From assembly GCF_009914755.1 (NCBI RefSeq), contig NC_060928.1: DNA of 64,000 nucleotides; one strand, given 5' to 3'. A model generated the notes under the pieces. The model saw only the letters and a list, made by a program, of their open reading frames with translations, made no database searches and had not been told where the DNA came from. Of the stretch, positions 1 through 14,709 are shown one piece after another (position 1 is the first letter of the stretch; each line of letters begins with the position of its first letter). This DNA is from the human T2T-CHM13v2.0 reference genome, Homo sapiens. A program made the position numbers and the translations under genes.

Positions 1-45
1 ATAAAATGCTTTAAAATAAAATGTAATTAGAGTCCCAGAAGAAGC

Positions 46-157
46 CAGGCATTGTGGCTCATGCCTGTAATCTCAGCACTTTGGGAGGCCAAGGTCAAGG
101 CAGGAGGATCACTTGAGGCCAGGAGTTCAAGACCAGCCTGGGCAGCATAGCAAGACC

Positions 158-225
<68 letters not shown>

Positions 226-256
226 AATACACACACACACACACACACATATATAT

Positions 257-288
<32 letters not shown>

Positions 289-453
289 TTTTAATTTAAT
301 CAGGCATGGTGGTGTGTGCCTGTAGTCCGACTCAGGAGGCTGAGGCAGGAGGATCATTTGAGCCAGGAGTTTGAGGCTACAGTTAGCAGCTATGATCATG
401 TCACTGCACTGAAGCCTGAGTGATGAGACCCTGTCTCAAAAAAAAAAAAAAAA
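46..453 (+). mobile_element. AluJ-like element with a (TC)n(TA)n(CA)n microsatellite in the linker
   Basis: Left arm 46-160, compound microsatellite ~161-290, right arm ending in poly(A) at 453. Confidence 0.9.
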
Positions 454-454
454 A

Positions 455-1020
455 GAGTTCCAAAGAAAAACAGAAACAGGTTAAAAAAATTAAATATAAT
501 GGCTAAGAATTTTCCAAAATTAATGAATGACAAAAAGTTGCAGATCTAAGAAGCCCAGAGTCCCAAGAATACCTCTCTCCTTAAAAAAAAAATGAATCTA
601 GATACATCACAATCAAACTGCTGAAAACTGAAGATAAAATATATTGAAGTCAGTGACAAAAAAGGAAACATTACGTGCAGAGGGATAATACATATCACAC
701 AATGATACAAATCAAAAATTACGTAAGGCATAAGACAAGGTACTGACATCTTTAAAATACCAAGAGAAAAAACCTGACAACTCAGAATTTTATGTCTGGT
801 AAAAATACCTTTAAAAAATGAAGGTAAAATAAAGACCTTCAGACAAACAAAAGCTGAGAATTTATTGCCCATAAACCTGTGTTACAAGAAATATAAAGGA
901 AGTTCTTCAGGCAGAAGGAAGATATCAAGTGGAAATTAGGATACACACATACAAAAATAAAGAAGCTGGAAATGAAATAATAAAGGTAAATATTAAATTA
1001 TATTTCTTACTTTAATCACT
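455..1020 (+). mobile_element. Old L1M ORF1-region fragment
   Basis: A-rich, with L1M ORF1-like motifs (aatggctaagaattttccaaaattaatg; aatgaaggtaaaataaagac; agttcttcaggcagaagg). Confidence 0.7.
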
Positions 1021-1572
1021 TTTACATAGTATATAGGATATGCATACTTTTTTAAAAAGCTAGCTTGATACATAAAAAACTTTAGAAAAATATACAGCAA
1101 AATTTTAACTGATCTTTTTTCTAAGTGGAAGGATTACAAATTATTTCATTTTAATCTTGATGCTGATTTGCATTTAAAAATTTTTCTACAATGAACCTAT
1201 ATTACATTTTATGCTAAAAAGTGTAATTTTATTCTTATATTTTGTTTATATTATACAGATTTCAAGAGCTGCGGGGTTATAGAAATTTTATAAGCTAATT
1301 GTTAAAGGAAATAATAACTAGAAAATGAATTTTCTGTTATGAAAACTTTCTCTACTTTTTATGTCTTACCATATGGGAAAAAAGAAGAGACACTAAAAAG
1401 GCAAGAAGAGCTGTTTTCTCTGATGCATAAACCAATAATAATAGATTGAATTCTTTAGAACATGAATAACGATTGAATAAAAACCTTTTATAAGTACTGT
1501 TGATTACTGGGTGACGCCCTGGAGCTACAGCCATACACTTTCCTTGAAAGTCTCTTTATTTTAAGAAAATGT

Positions 1573-1743
1573 TAGCCGGGCGTGGTGGCGGGCGCCTGTA
1601 GTCCCACCTACTCGGGAGGCTGAGGCAGGAGAATGGCGTGAACCCGGGAGGCGGAGCTTGCAGTGAGCCGGATCGCGCCACTGCACTCCAGCCTGGGAGA
1701 CAGAGCAAGACTCCGTCTCAAAAAAAAAAAAAAGAAAGAAAGA
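1573..1743 (+). mobile_element. 5'-truncated AluY (right monomer)
   Basis: CpG-intact AluY diagnostics (gaatggcgtgaacccgggaggcggagcttgc); TSD aagaaaatgt at 1563-1572 and 1744-1753. Confidence 0.9.
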
Positions 1744-2472
1744 AAGAAAATGTCCAGTGTAGATTAAAAGATTACTCTACATAGCCTAGAAAGAGAACCA
1801 GGAATCGATAATATCTAAATATTAGTGAGAATGGTATCTACTTGCATCAAAAGATCTTTGTAAAATTTAACCTTGCTTTAACTTCTACATAAATATTTAA
1901 ATGTTGCATAAAAACTAGCTAGGTTTTCTCCTTAGCTTTGGTAGTAAAGTAGCATTTTACTAAAGAAAGAATAATTTAGTGCAAACATATACTGTTCTTC
2001 TTTTGACTTGGTTAATCAAGGCTATGGGAAGCCAAGATTTAGAATTCAAGTCCAGATTCCAGGTACCACTATCTACATGACAGAGTTATCGAAAGGATAA
2101 GAGACAATGTGTGTAAAGACATAATGCAGGTACATAGTAAGCAGTTAATAAATAGCAACTATAGCAATCTAGGGGAAAATAAATACATATTTTAAAAAAA
2201 TAATAGCTATTATTGGCTACTGAAGTGAATCAAAGATGCATGAGGATGCCTTTATTGCCATCAACAATTAAGTTAATATTTACAAACAGCAGTCCCAGAA
2301 TCCATTGACACCTGTTGATTAATATGTTTACCATGCTAGTTAGTGAAGTACTCAGGTTCCAGAAATTTGAGCAACTGTCTCCTCATCTTGCCAGGGGAAT
2401 TTCTTGCACATAGAAATGGGATGGTCAAAGTGGGGAAAGAAAAATGACTGCTAATGCAGTTGGTGTATTTTT

Positions 2473-2517
2473 ATACACACACACACACACACACGCACGC
2501 ACGCACGCACGCATGCA
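2473..2517. repeat. (CA)n(CGCA)n microsatellite
   Basis: Seen directly. Confidence 0.95.
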
Positions 2518-5500
2518 AATTCTCCTAAAGCTCTACTAGGAAAAGTACCTCTTACAGAGGCAAAAAAAATTGACATTTTTGACTTGGAAAATTTTTAAAA
2601 GTCATAAAAAGCTATTGAATTATGTACCACACTGATTTTTCCCCCACCCAATATTTTAACCACTACATTAGGGAAATTTTGGTGTTGATGCTGTAACCTC
2701 AATGTTGAATCATCTCTGTCTTGTATCCCAGAATATAATTCAGCTGTTTGGCTACAACAACCATGTCTCTTTAGAAAGGCCAAAAGTTTAATAAAAGTAG
2801 TTAAAGGATATTTTACCTTTTCCATTTACTTTTAACAAAAGGTATCGAATTAAACACAGTTCACACCTCTTTAGTTGATTTTACCAAGTTCTTGAAACTG
2901 GAAGATTCAGAATTTTAATTTTTGCCAACTACAGCTGGATGCAGGGAGAATTATTCAAAGGAAAAAAATAATTTATTCTCAATTTTTTTTGTTTAACAGT
3001 AGCTGTCATTTTCAGGGACATTCTCAAAATTTTTGCAGAGCCAGGATAAGATGTAGTGGTTTGAGGTGAGGGCAGAGTAACAGAGACTTCAGGGCTCAAG
3101 CTGTTAACCAAAGATATACTGCCTCTCAAAAATGGGAGATAAGATTCAAGGAGAGGAAATATTTACATTCACAAGGAATGTTTGAAAAGAATAAATCAAA
3201 GCAGGATGATGAAGTGAGGAGAGAATATAAGAGGACAAAATTCCTCACTTCCCCACCAAAAACAACAACAAAAAGAGTCTTGCTGAGCAATAGGTTAAAC
3301 AGCTTTTGTTCTCTTATAAAACTGTGAGAGAAGAAGAACATCATGGCATTAAGAACACAGTGTGACAGATGAGGCAAAATGTCTCCATGCAGAGAAGGGT
3401 ACAAAAAAAGGAACAAAGCTGTCTGGCAGGTGAAAAGACAAAGACTATAGGGAGAGAAAGAGGCAAATAGACAAGAGGGAGTGAACCGAGAAACAGATCA
3501 GTGGGACGGAGATTGAGTAATGGGAGAGATTGAATGGGGAGGAGCAAAGGTGTCTGTAGAGAGAGGGGCCCAGTCAGGCATTGGGCAGATGTGTGCTGGA
3601 GTTTCCTCTTCCCACATTCCCAGACCCAAACTGGGGAGCTCTAGAAAGATAGGGCAAGTACTCTCCAGAATCTTATTTTCTTTTTCACTGTTCAATCTAC
3701 AGCATCTTGAACATCGCCTGACATATAGTGGGTACTCAAAACATAGTTGTCAAATGAATAAGTGATACATGTAGAAAAGAGAAAGAAGCCGACTTCGCTG
3801 AGAAAATGCCACATGCCTCATGGCATCTGTTATTAAACTGTGAGCTGGCAGAAAGGATACCAAAGAGCTGAGCTCTGCTTACAGCATGGCCAAGTGATGC
3901 TTACCTTAGGGCCAAGTTTGGTTTCCCTGCTGCAGGACCAGTATTTTACCTGAGTAAAATAGGCAATCACCAAACCCAGGGTAATTGAGTAGTAAGGGAG
4001 TGGCAGAGCATGGTTGTACTTAAAAGCCCCTGTCTCCATGTCTCTCCCCAAATTCCAAACACATGTTTAGATGCTTGGATGTCTCATCATCCAGGGTCTC
4101 TCCTTTGAGATGATTTCTACAGAGTTTTTCACAAAATACAGATAACCAACCAAGGCCTTGAATGTGCTCAACCGCACTAACATCTAGGGAGGAATTGTTC
4201 TATTAACTTAGCAACAGGTAGAGGGACCTTCATGGCAAATGGACTGAGAACAAAAAGAGACTCCCCAAAGCCCTACATAAAACCATGATCAAAGAGCAAC
4301 GGATTCAGTCAAGGGAGATGGAGTCAGGTTGGTTGCAAATCCCCAGATGATACATCCCACTCCATTGAGAATCCCTAAAGTAGAAGATGAAGGTGGGGTA
4401 GAGAAGCAAAGATGAGTCAAAAATTGTTTTGTCTAACCACCCTGCCCTGGATAGATATGTGATGCTCAAAATGGAGAAATACACTTAGGGTTTAGACAGG
4501 CATGGCTACATAACGTTAAAAAAAAAAAAAAAGGAAAGTATCAATTTCCAGTTTCCGGTTCCACATGAAGAGCTCAGAAGTTGCCACTCATTCTAACAAG
4601 AAGTAAAATGCTGAACAAACTGAAAAAAAGTCAACAACTCTGAGATTAGTAAGAGATGTGAGATTACAGGGAAAACCACTGTTCCCAAAATTGGACAGAC
4701 AGGCAGATACAGAGAATCACAACATAGGGAGTGGTTCACAGGAACTAGTGGTGTGTTAGGAAAACCTGACCTTAATTGATGAATTGCTGGAGGCTAGGTA
4801 TGGACAAGTCTGAAGGTTAAAATCTCCAAGGGGGATCTAGTCATAGGGAGTCCCCCATGCTTTTGTGACTTTTCCTTCCAGGAGCTTGACCAGGTTCTCA
4901 GAGTAAGTATCAGAAAAAAAAAATAAATTCCCTTGTATTTCCACCAGGAGGAGGGGAAAAGAGCCACTTTGAAATATACCAGAGTATTCTGTTCTTAACA
5001 AGACCTACCTTCGGGAGAAACTAGTTAGCCAGAGCCTGACCTGCTGGGGTTTTATTTAGAGCCTAACCAACCTGGGGGAGGGAAAATACTCAACTCCAGC
5101 CCATTCTAGCCATCTTGTTCCACCTAAATGAGGAGAGAAGAAACTAAGAAACACTTGTGGAGTCCACAGTCCAGAGGCATAAGTTCACTAACAGACTGAG
5201 ACCTAATCACAAGGCTCTAGAATGTATCTCCTACCCCCACACACCTCCCACCACACTACTGAAGACCTATATACAGCAGTTCCTTTTACTCAGTACATCA
5301 TGTCCAGTTATCAAGAAAAAATTATAAGGCATAATAAAAGGCAAAAACCAAAGCAAAACAAAACACAGCTTGAAGAGACACAGCAAGCATCAGAACTAGA
5401 TATAGCAAGGACCTTGGAATTGTCACACAGGAATTTAAAATAACTATGATTAACGGGCTAAGGGCTGTAACAGACACAGTAGGTAGCATGCAAGAACACA

Positions 5501-5772
5501 CAGGCAATATAAGCAGAGAGATGAAAATCCTAAGACAGAACCACAAAGAAATGATAGAGATAAAAAATGCTGTAACAGAAGTGAAAAATGCCTTTGATAG
5601 GCTTATAAGTAGACTGGACATGGTTGAGGAAAGAATCTCTGAGTTTGACGAAATATGAATAGAAACTTCCAAAACTAAAAATCAATGAGAAGAAATGCTC
5701 AAATAAAACCACAAAAGGCAGAAAAAGAATAAAAGACAAAAATAGAAAAAAGAAAAATTGCAACAAATAGAA

Positions 5773-6090
5773 AATAGTAACAAATATGGTAAATATCAAT
5801 TGGATGGAATAGTAACAAATATGGTAAATATCAATTGATATGGAATATCAATTCCATATCAATTCCATATCAATTGATATGGCAAATATCAATTCCATAT
5901 CAATTGATATGGCAAATATCAATTCCATATCAATTGATATGGCAAATATCAATTCCATGTCAATTGATATGGCAAATATCAATTCCATATCAATTGACAT
6001 GGCAAATATCAATTCCATATCAATTGATATGGCAAACATCAATTCCATATCAATTGATATGGCAAATATCAATTGGATGGAAATATCAAT
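5773..6090. repeat. 30-bp minisatellite (ggcaaatatcaattccatatcaattgatat)n, ~7 units plus degenerate flanks
   Basis: Six near-exact units at 5881-6060 with partial units on both sides. Confidence 0.97.
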
Positions 6091-6808
6091 TTATTTCCAT
6101 CAATAAAAACTTTGACCATCAATGGTCTAAATGCATCCATTAAAAGACAGAGACTATCAGAGTGGATCAAAAAACAAGACCCAACTATATGTTGTCTACA
6201 AGAAACTGACCCACTTTAAATATAAAGACACTTATAGATTAAAACTAAACGAATGGAGAAAGATATACCATTCTTATAATAATCAAAAGAAGGTAGGAGT
6301 ACCTATATTAATTTCAGACAGAGCAGACTTCAAAACAAGAAAAGTTATCAGGGATAGAGAGACATTACGTAACGATATAGGGGTTAATTCTCCAAGAAGA
6401 CATAATGATCCTTAATGTGTATGCACCTAACTACAGAGTGTCAAAATATGTGAAGCAAAAACTGATAAAACTGCAAGGAGTCATAGATGAATCCATAATT
6501 ATAATTGGAGATGTGAACAGCCCACTATCAGAAACAAACAGATCCAGCAGGTAGAAAATCAGTAAAGACATAGTTAAATTCAACAACACCATCAATCCAC
6601 AGGATATAATTGACATCTACAGGCTACTTCATCCAGCAATAGCAGAATATGCATTCTTCTCAAGCTCACATAGAACATTCACCAAAATAGAGCACATTCT
6701 GAGCCATAAAAAACACCTTAACAAATTTAAAAGAATAGAAATTATACAATGTTTGCTCTCAGACCACAATGGAATTAAATCAGAAATCAATAATAAAAGA
6801 CAACTGGA

Positions 6809-7108
6809 GGCCAGGCACAGTGGCTCACACCTGTTATCCCAGCACTTTGGGAGGCCAAGGTGGATGGATCACCTGAAATCAGGAGTTCGAAACCAGCCTA
6901 GACAACATGGTGAAACCCTGTCTCTACTAAAAACACAAAAGTGAGCCATGCGTGGTGGTGTGCTCCTGTAATCCCTGCTACTCAGGAAGCTGAGGCAGGA
7001 GGAGGATCACTTGAACCCAGGAGGCAGAGGTTGCAGTGGGCTGAGATTGCACCACTGCACTCCAGCCTGGGTAACAGAGCGAGACTCTGTCTCAAACAAA
7101 CAAACAAA
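6809..7108 (+). mobile_element. AluS inserted in the L1
   Basis: Full dimer; TSD aaaagacaactgga at 6795-6808 and 7109-7122. Confidence 0.95.
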
Positions 7109-10100
7109 AAAAGACAACTGGAAAACCCCAAAATACATGGAAATCAAACAACATACTTCTAAATAACACATGGGCCAAGAAAAAAATCTCAAGAGACATT
7201 TAAGAATATTTTAAACTGAATTAAAATAAGAACAAAACTTATCAAAATTTGTGGGATGCCATAAAAGCAGTGCTTAGAGGAAAATTTACAGCATGACTAC
7301 ATATGTTAGGAAAAAAATATCTAAAATCAATTAACTAAGCTTCCATCTTAGGAAACTAAAAAAAGAAGAGCAAATTAAATCCAAAGTAAGAAGAAGAAAA
7401 TAAATAATAAAAATTAGAGCAGAGAGAAATGAAATTATGAACAGGAAATCAATTTTAAAAATAAATGAAACCAAAAGCTGGTTCTTTGAATCAATTAATA
7501 AAATTGATAAGCCTCTAGCCAGACTAAGAAAAAAGAGGTAGGGCACAAATTACTAATATCATAAGTCAAAGAGGGGACACCCCTACAGATCCCATGGATA
7601 TTAAAAGGATAATAAAGAAATACTATGAACAACTCTGTGCCCACAAAATTGATAACCTAGATGAAATGGACCAAATCATTGAAAGGCACAATCTACCAAA
7701 ACAAGAAAAAATAGACAATCTAAATAGGCCTATATTTATTAAGTGTATTGAATCAATAATTAATACCCTTGCAAAATAGAACCAGGCCAAGATGGTTCTA
7801 TTTTGGTGAATTCGACCATATATTTAATTCTCTATGATAACTGGTATAATTTCTAAAAGAGAGAATTTCTTTTTTAGAAAATAAAAGCAGAGGGAATACT
7901 TCTTAATTCATTCTATGAGGTATCACCATAATACTCAAACAAGACAAAGATATTATAAGAAAACAACAAACCAATATTTTTCATGAGCCAGATGCTAAAA
8001 ATCTTCAACAAAATGTTAGTAAATTAAATCCAACAATGTATAAAAAGAATTATATACTCCAACTAAGTAGGATTTATACTAGGTATGCAAGGCTGGTTCA
8101 AAATTTGAAAGTCAATTAATGTAATCTACCACATTACAGGCTAAAGAAGAAAAATCACATGACCATATCAATAGATGCAGGAAAAGCATCTGACAAAATG
8201 CAACACCCATTCATGATAAAATCTCTCAGTAAATTCTCAATGATAAAGAATATTTACAAAAAATATACAGCTAATGTCATAAAGGTGAGAGACTATATAC
8301 TTTTCCTCTAAGATGAGGAAAAAGGCAAGGATGTACCCTCTTATCACTCCCTTTTGACATTATATGGAAGTCCTACCTAATGCAATAAGATAAGGAAGTA
8401 AAAGATATATCGATTGGGAAGGAAGAAATAAAATTGTCTTTGTTTGTAGATGATGTGTTGTCTTTGTAGAAGATCTGAAAGAATTGAAAATAAAAAACCA
8501 TTCCTGTAACTAATAAGCTATTACAACAAGGTTGCCAGATACAAGGTTAATATACAATAGTCAATTTGCTTTCCCACATACCAGCACAAGTGGCATTTGA
8601 AATTAAAAACACAATACCATTTACATTAGCACCATAAAAATGAAAGAAGTATAAATCTAACAAAACATGTACAAGATCGGTATGAGGAAGATCATAAAAC
8701 ACTGATGAAAGAAATCAAAGAAGAACTAAATAGATGAAGAGTTATCCCATGCTCATAAATAGGAAGACTCAATATTGTCAATGTCTGCTTTTCTCAACTG
8801 GATCTATATTCAATGCAATTCCAATCAAAATCCCAGCAAGTTATTTTGTAGATATTGACAAACTGATTGCAAGGTTTATACGTGGAGGCAAATGACTCAG
8901 AATAGCCAACACAATATTGAAGAAGAAGAACAAAGTTGGAAGAGTGCACTACTTGACTTCAGGACTTACTATAAAGCTAAAGTAATCAAGACAGTGTGGT
9001 ACTGGCACAAGAACAGACTAATTGATCAATGAATCATAACAGAGAGCCTAGAAATAGACCCACATAAATATAGTCAACTGATCTTTGACAAAGGAACAAA
9101 GGGAATACAATGGAGAAAAGGTAGTCTTTTTAACAAATTATGCTGGAACAACTGGACATTTGCATGCGAAAAAATGAATTCAGACACAGACTTCACACAC
9201 CTCACAAAAAGTGACTCAAAATGGATCACAATTCTAAATGTAAAACACAAAACTACAAAACTTCTAGAAGATAACATAGAAAATGTAGATGACTCTGGGT
9301 TTGACAATTTATATATGACATCAAAGGGCATGATTCATGAGAGAAAGAATTGATAAGCTGGACATCATTAAAATTTAAAATTTCTACTTTGCAAAAGATA
9401 CTGTCAAGAGAATAAAAGGACAAGCCACAGACAGGAATAAAATATTTGCAAAAGACATATCTGATAAAGGACTGTTATCCAAAATATATGAAGAACTCTG
9501 AAAACTTCACAAGAAGAAAGCAACCTGATTTAAAAATGGACCAAAGATCTTGACAAACATCTTACTAAAGAAAATATATAGATGGAACAATAAGCTTATC
9601 TCATCAGGGAAATACAAACTAAAACAACATTGAGATACCACTGCATATTAGTTAGAATGGCCAAAATCCAGAACATAGACAACAACAAATGTTGGCAAGA
9701 TTTTGGAGCAACAGAAATTCTTATTCGTTGCTGTTGGGAATGCAAAACGATACAGCCACTTTGGAAGACAGTTTGGCTGTTTCTTACAAAACTAAAAATA
9801 TTGTGATTGTACAATCCCACAACTGTGCTCCTTGGTATTTACCCAAAGGAGTTGAAAACCTATGTCCGCACAAAAACCCGCACATGAATGTTTACTCTAG
9901 CTTTATTATTACCAAACTGGGAAGCAACCAAGATGTCCTCCACTGGGTGAATGGATAAATAAACTTCAATAGATCTGGACCACATTTTGGTCATTATTCA
10001 GCACGAAAAAGAAATGAGCTATGAAGTCATGAAAAGACATGGAGGAAGCACAAATAGATATTGCTAAGTGAAAGAAGCCAATCTGAGAAGGCTATATACA

Positions 10101-11087
10101 GTATGATTCTAACTATACGACATTCTGGAAAAAGCAAAACTATAGAGATAGTGGAAAGATCAGTGGTTGTCAGGGCTTGGGGGAAGAGAGCGATGAACAG
10201 ACAGAGAACAGAGGATTTTTAGGCAGTGAAAATACTCTGTAAGATACTACAATAGTGGATACATTTGTCATTATATATTTGTCCAAACCCATGGACTATA
10301 CAACACCAACATGAATCCTGATGGAAACTATGGACTTTGGGTGACAGTGACGTGTCAATGTAGGTTCAACAAATGTAACAAATATTCACTCTGGTAAGGA
10401 ATGCTGATAATGGGAGAGGCTATGCATGTGTGTGGGCAGGAGGTACATGGGGTATCTCTGAACCTTCCTCTCAATTTTGCTAAATTGAACCTAAAACTGC
10501 TCTTTAAAATAATGAGCCTTTAAAAACAACAAAAAAGAGGGTATCACTGAGAAATGTGATGCTCATTCTTGGGAGGTGGGAGAGAAGACTAGAGATAACA
10601 GACTAGGGGATGAATTGAGGTGAAACAGGCCTCAAAAATATTCTAGATGTTTGAGTGCCTTTCTTCCTGGAATGGCAATATTTATACATTTTGATCTCTT
10701 CCCAAGGCACCAGAACAGAACTGATTTGCTCTTTTGAACCATTCCATCCATTTTCTTTCAGTTTATCTCATCACCATGGCAATAAGGCAAGGACCTTGTT
10801 TTTATGTGTCTGGACTAGCATCCTCCCTGTCTACTTTAAAAATGCATGACAGCATTTACATGTAACCTCTAGAGGAATGTCTTCCCTAAAATGGGACTCA
10901 ATGGAATAAGCAAAGCATTAGGAGAAACAGTCTCTGGATTTTATCTTCATTTTGTCATCTGAGAAAGATGATTTGAGATTCCAGTTTCTGTTCATTAATG
11001 GAGACAGAGAGGCTACCCACTTGGTTCACAAAAAATAAGACTGAGGAATATGAGATGACAAATCGCTCTGCTTAAGGCAGAACAACT

Positions 11088-11545
11088 GTGTGGCTATGGC
11101 AGAGACTGCTAATTGTTTACCCCATATCAATTCACCCTTCCTTCCTTAGAAACAAAACCAAGATTTTATTCAAGGGTCCAACGCATTAACCATGAGAATA
11201 CATTTCCCTGTTTCCCTGGGTACAGATATGGTCAATGAGAGACAAGTGGATAGGTTGTATCTTCTAGGAAGACTCCTTAAAGGCGACCGACCCAACTCAG
11301 CAATGTGCTCCCTTCAGCCTCCCTGATTCCCCTTCTGGTTGAAGATTTAGTGATCAGTTTGCACCATGAAATGACACTGAGAATGAAAGTCCCCTGCTGA
11401 GGATGGTAGAGCAGAACGATAAAGGAATCCCAGTTCTCTACTGACCCTGCAGTGCTGCCATGTCCTCCCTGGACTGCCTGTCTCCAGAATTCTTTTATAT
11501 ATAAGAGAAATAACCTTCTGTCTTGTTTAAGCCAAACACAATTCT
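11088..11545 (+). mobile_element. Old MaLR LTR (MLT1-type)
   Basis: MLT1-like 3' motifs (ctggactgcctgtctccagaattctttta; aaataaccttctgtcttgtttaagcca). Confidence 0.6.
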
Positions 11546-11582
11546 TGATGGATCCACGCTCAACCTTATGAATGGCTCACGG

Positions 11583-12020
11583 ATAGGTTCACCCCAACAT
11601 TTGCAGGTTTCAAGCTAGGAGTATAGGTGGAAGTCCCTAGCCTGTGGTTCACCCCTTTTCCTTTTCCCCTTTTGCTCTGTCCCATTAGGTGGATATCTGA
11701 CCTCACACTTTAAAACTTAAGTCCCTGTGCTAACACTGCCCCTTGGCCACTCTTCAGGCCTAGGCTCTATGTATTTCCTATTGGGAGAACAGATCCCAGG
11801 AGGAGACTGCTATAGGCTCTAGAAGAGAGCTCAGAGCATTTAGGGAGGAATCTAGGACCCTAGGAATCCAGGGCATGGCCCAGAAGTCAAGGAAGATTTA
11901 GGCAGGTGCCATGTTCCTTTGGCCCTGTGATCTCCTCACTTTGTGGAGAGAAGTGTGGCCCTTTAAGTCATAAGACCTAGGACAGGGGCCCTAGTTGCCA
12001 GAGCCTAAAGGCAATACCAC
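11583..12020 (+). mobile_element. hAT-Tip100 DNA transposon remnant (MER115/Zaphod-like)
   Basis: Both ends resemble recalled MER115 consensus; highly diverged. Confidence 0.4.
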
Positions 12021-14132
12021 TGGCTTCTCTCCCTTGCACCTCCTAATGGCTGCCTTTACACAATTTACACATTGACAGTGCAGCAAAATGTGGTTTAGTC
12101 CAGTTAACTACTTGTTATGACAGCCTTCGTAAGATTATCTTTTAGGGTCTGGAAGTATAGCTTGAAATGTGTTGCTTTCCTGCTCCTACCTTCTCTCTTC
12201 CATGAGACTGTAAAATGGAAAGCTGATTAAGCCTCTCTGCCAAGCTTTTCTTTAGTAAGTTGTTATTAGAATGGCTCAGCAAAAGTTTATCAATCAACTG
12301 CAATATCTGTGTTAGTGTCCTGAGTGGACTGAAGGAGGAGTCTCTAAATCCTCAGTCTCTATCACCTGTTTGAGTAAACTCTCCAAGAGGCACTTAGCTG
12401 ATTGATCTGCACAAACATTGCACCCTGGGAGTGTGGTGGAGTCAGCTGTGAATTCTGATTGCCTCCAACTGGAATAGGGACTGTTCCTCTAGGAAAGTCA
12501 TACAAGAGCAGGTGGAGATTCAGCCCATGAGAAGTGTGCCACTGAAATGACCCAAGTCTGGGCCCCAAATGCAGCTGGGCACCTTCTTCTGTTACTCAGG
12601 AAGCTCTCCATGCAGCCCAGGGTAGCATGAACTGAGATCTGCTGTGACGGTGCCTGACACCAAGATCCACCCCTTCAGCTCCTATCCCCACATATAATGA
12701 CTTTGATTCCTGTGAGGACTCTCCTCTCCACCGTCTAACTGGCAGGACCGGTAAAGCCAGCTTCACGAACATGAAAATATCTGAACAGTTGACTGCCTCT
12801 GTGTATGTTGGAAACTTGCTTCATTTAGTTCAGTGATTCTAAGCCTTATTTTGGATTACGGATCTCTATGTTCTCTATGCTGTATAATTACCACAGGACT
12901 TCAGTGCTCACCCACACATCTGAAGACAGCTGTAGCCTCTTTCAAACAGTAAAGTATAATCACAAGAACATTGAGTGAATAATCTAAGATGCATGTACTT
13001 CTGGCTTCCTCTATCTACGTTTTACTAGTTTGCTCATAGGATGTATTACACAAACACACACTCACATATTAGGATGTTCTGGCATCTTAAAAGCCTTTCT
13101 GCTTGGGGAGAGCCTGGCTTTCCTGGGCCTAGGCAATTCTTAGAGATAATAAAGGGCCCAGCCAGGAGCATGCCTTTAACATGCAAACTACATGATCCAG
13201 AGCCATCTCTCTCCTGTTTGGCCTGTACTCTCAAAGAGCAGTATTCCTCTACCTTAATCATTCTGGGGCTAGACCAGGCAACTAGGGGTGACCTCTATAG
13301 TTTAGAACGTGTTCTAAACTATAGTTCTGAGAGGAGGTCAATTTTAAGCTGTATCCTCAGCACTGATTCCCAGCAGGAGCTCAATGATACATGTGACATG
13401 ATGATATGAATGAATGGTTTCTGATAGCCACAGCCTCCTTTAGTTACTGGACTGGTGATGAAAGATGTTCTCAGATGACTATTCAGGGAACTTGCTGAAA
13501 TAGTCTTTGTTCTTCTTCCTGCATTTAGAAATAGTCTTTAGACATATGTGCCGCCAATACACACATAATGAATCAGACTACAACATTTTTTTATGAGAAA
13601 AGATGAAAAAAAATCTTCCATTTTTATGGTCAGAGAAACCCAGACTATTATACCCGGCTCATTTCTCATTAATAAAACAGAAAATCTTTTGCCTTCTCAT
13701 CTGAACTCTTCAAATTAATCTAAGGTCTGATTGTCCCGAAGTATTATTAATTATATAGCAACATCATTTGTATCACAGAATTGGAAATGACATACATAGC
13801 TGACCACAGAATGATGGTTAAATAAACTATGACATGCTCAACTGATGGAATCTTCTGCAGCCTTTGACAATGGTGTCTACAATACAATCTGAGGTAAAGG
13901 GTGAGACATAAAATTACATATGCGATACGACTGCCATCATGCAAAATATATGAAATAGAAAGAGATACTACTGAATATTAATAGTGTCTGTTTATCTGTT
14001 AAGACTGTGAATGATTTTCTTTCTACTTCTCTGAATTTTTCATCTTTTTCTCTAATGACCTTCAACATTTTACACTCATAGTGAAAATCAACGTCAATAA
14101 ATCATTGAATTATTAATTGAAAATATCTTGTT

Positions 14133-14625
<493 letters not shown>

Positions 14626-14709
14626 GATGTACAGAGAAAACCCTACAGTGAAACCAACAGAAAGCAGTGATGGAAACAGAGAATTCTCTAGTCTATCAAC
14701 TGCCTGTGT

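Larger units (their letters stand above)
4551..10525 (+). mobile_element. Near full-length degenerate L1 (L1MC1-like) with internal ORF1 deletion
   Basis: L1M 5' UTR start (tttccggttccacatg), ORF1 coiled-coil fragment (5446-5658), ORF2 EN/RT fragments (6131-6415, 7594-7779 and onward), and an L1MC-type 3' UTR ending gaacctaaaactgctct. Confidence 0.9.

Noticed and set aside
5835-6143. Repetitive ORFs and a CRISPR-like appearance of the palindromic 30-bp repeat
   Set aside because: Units are head-to-tail with no unique spacers, in human L1 context with no cas genes. The ORFs are simply translations of the minisatellite.
4551-10525. Active L1
   Set aside because: ORFs are fragmented, ORF1 is partly deleted, an Alu interrupts it, and the subfamily is ancient.
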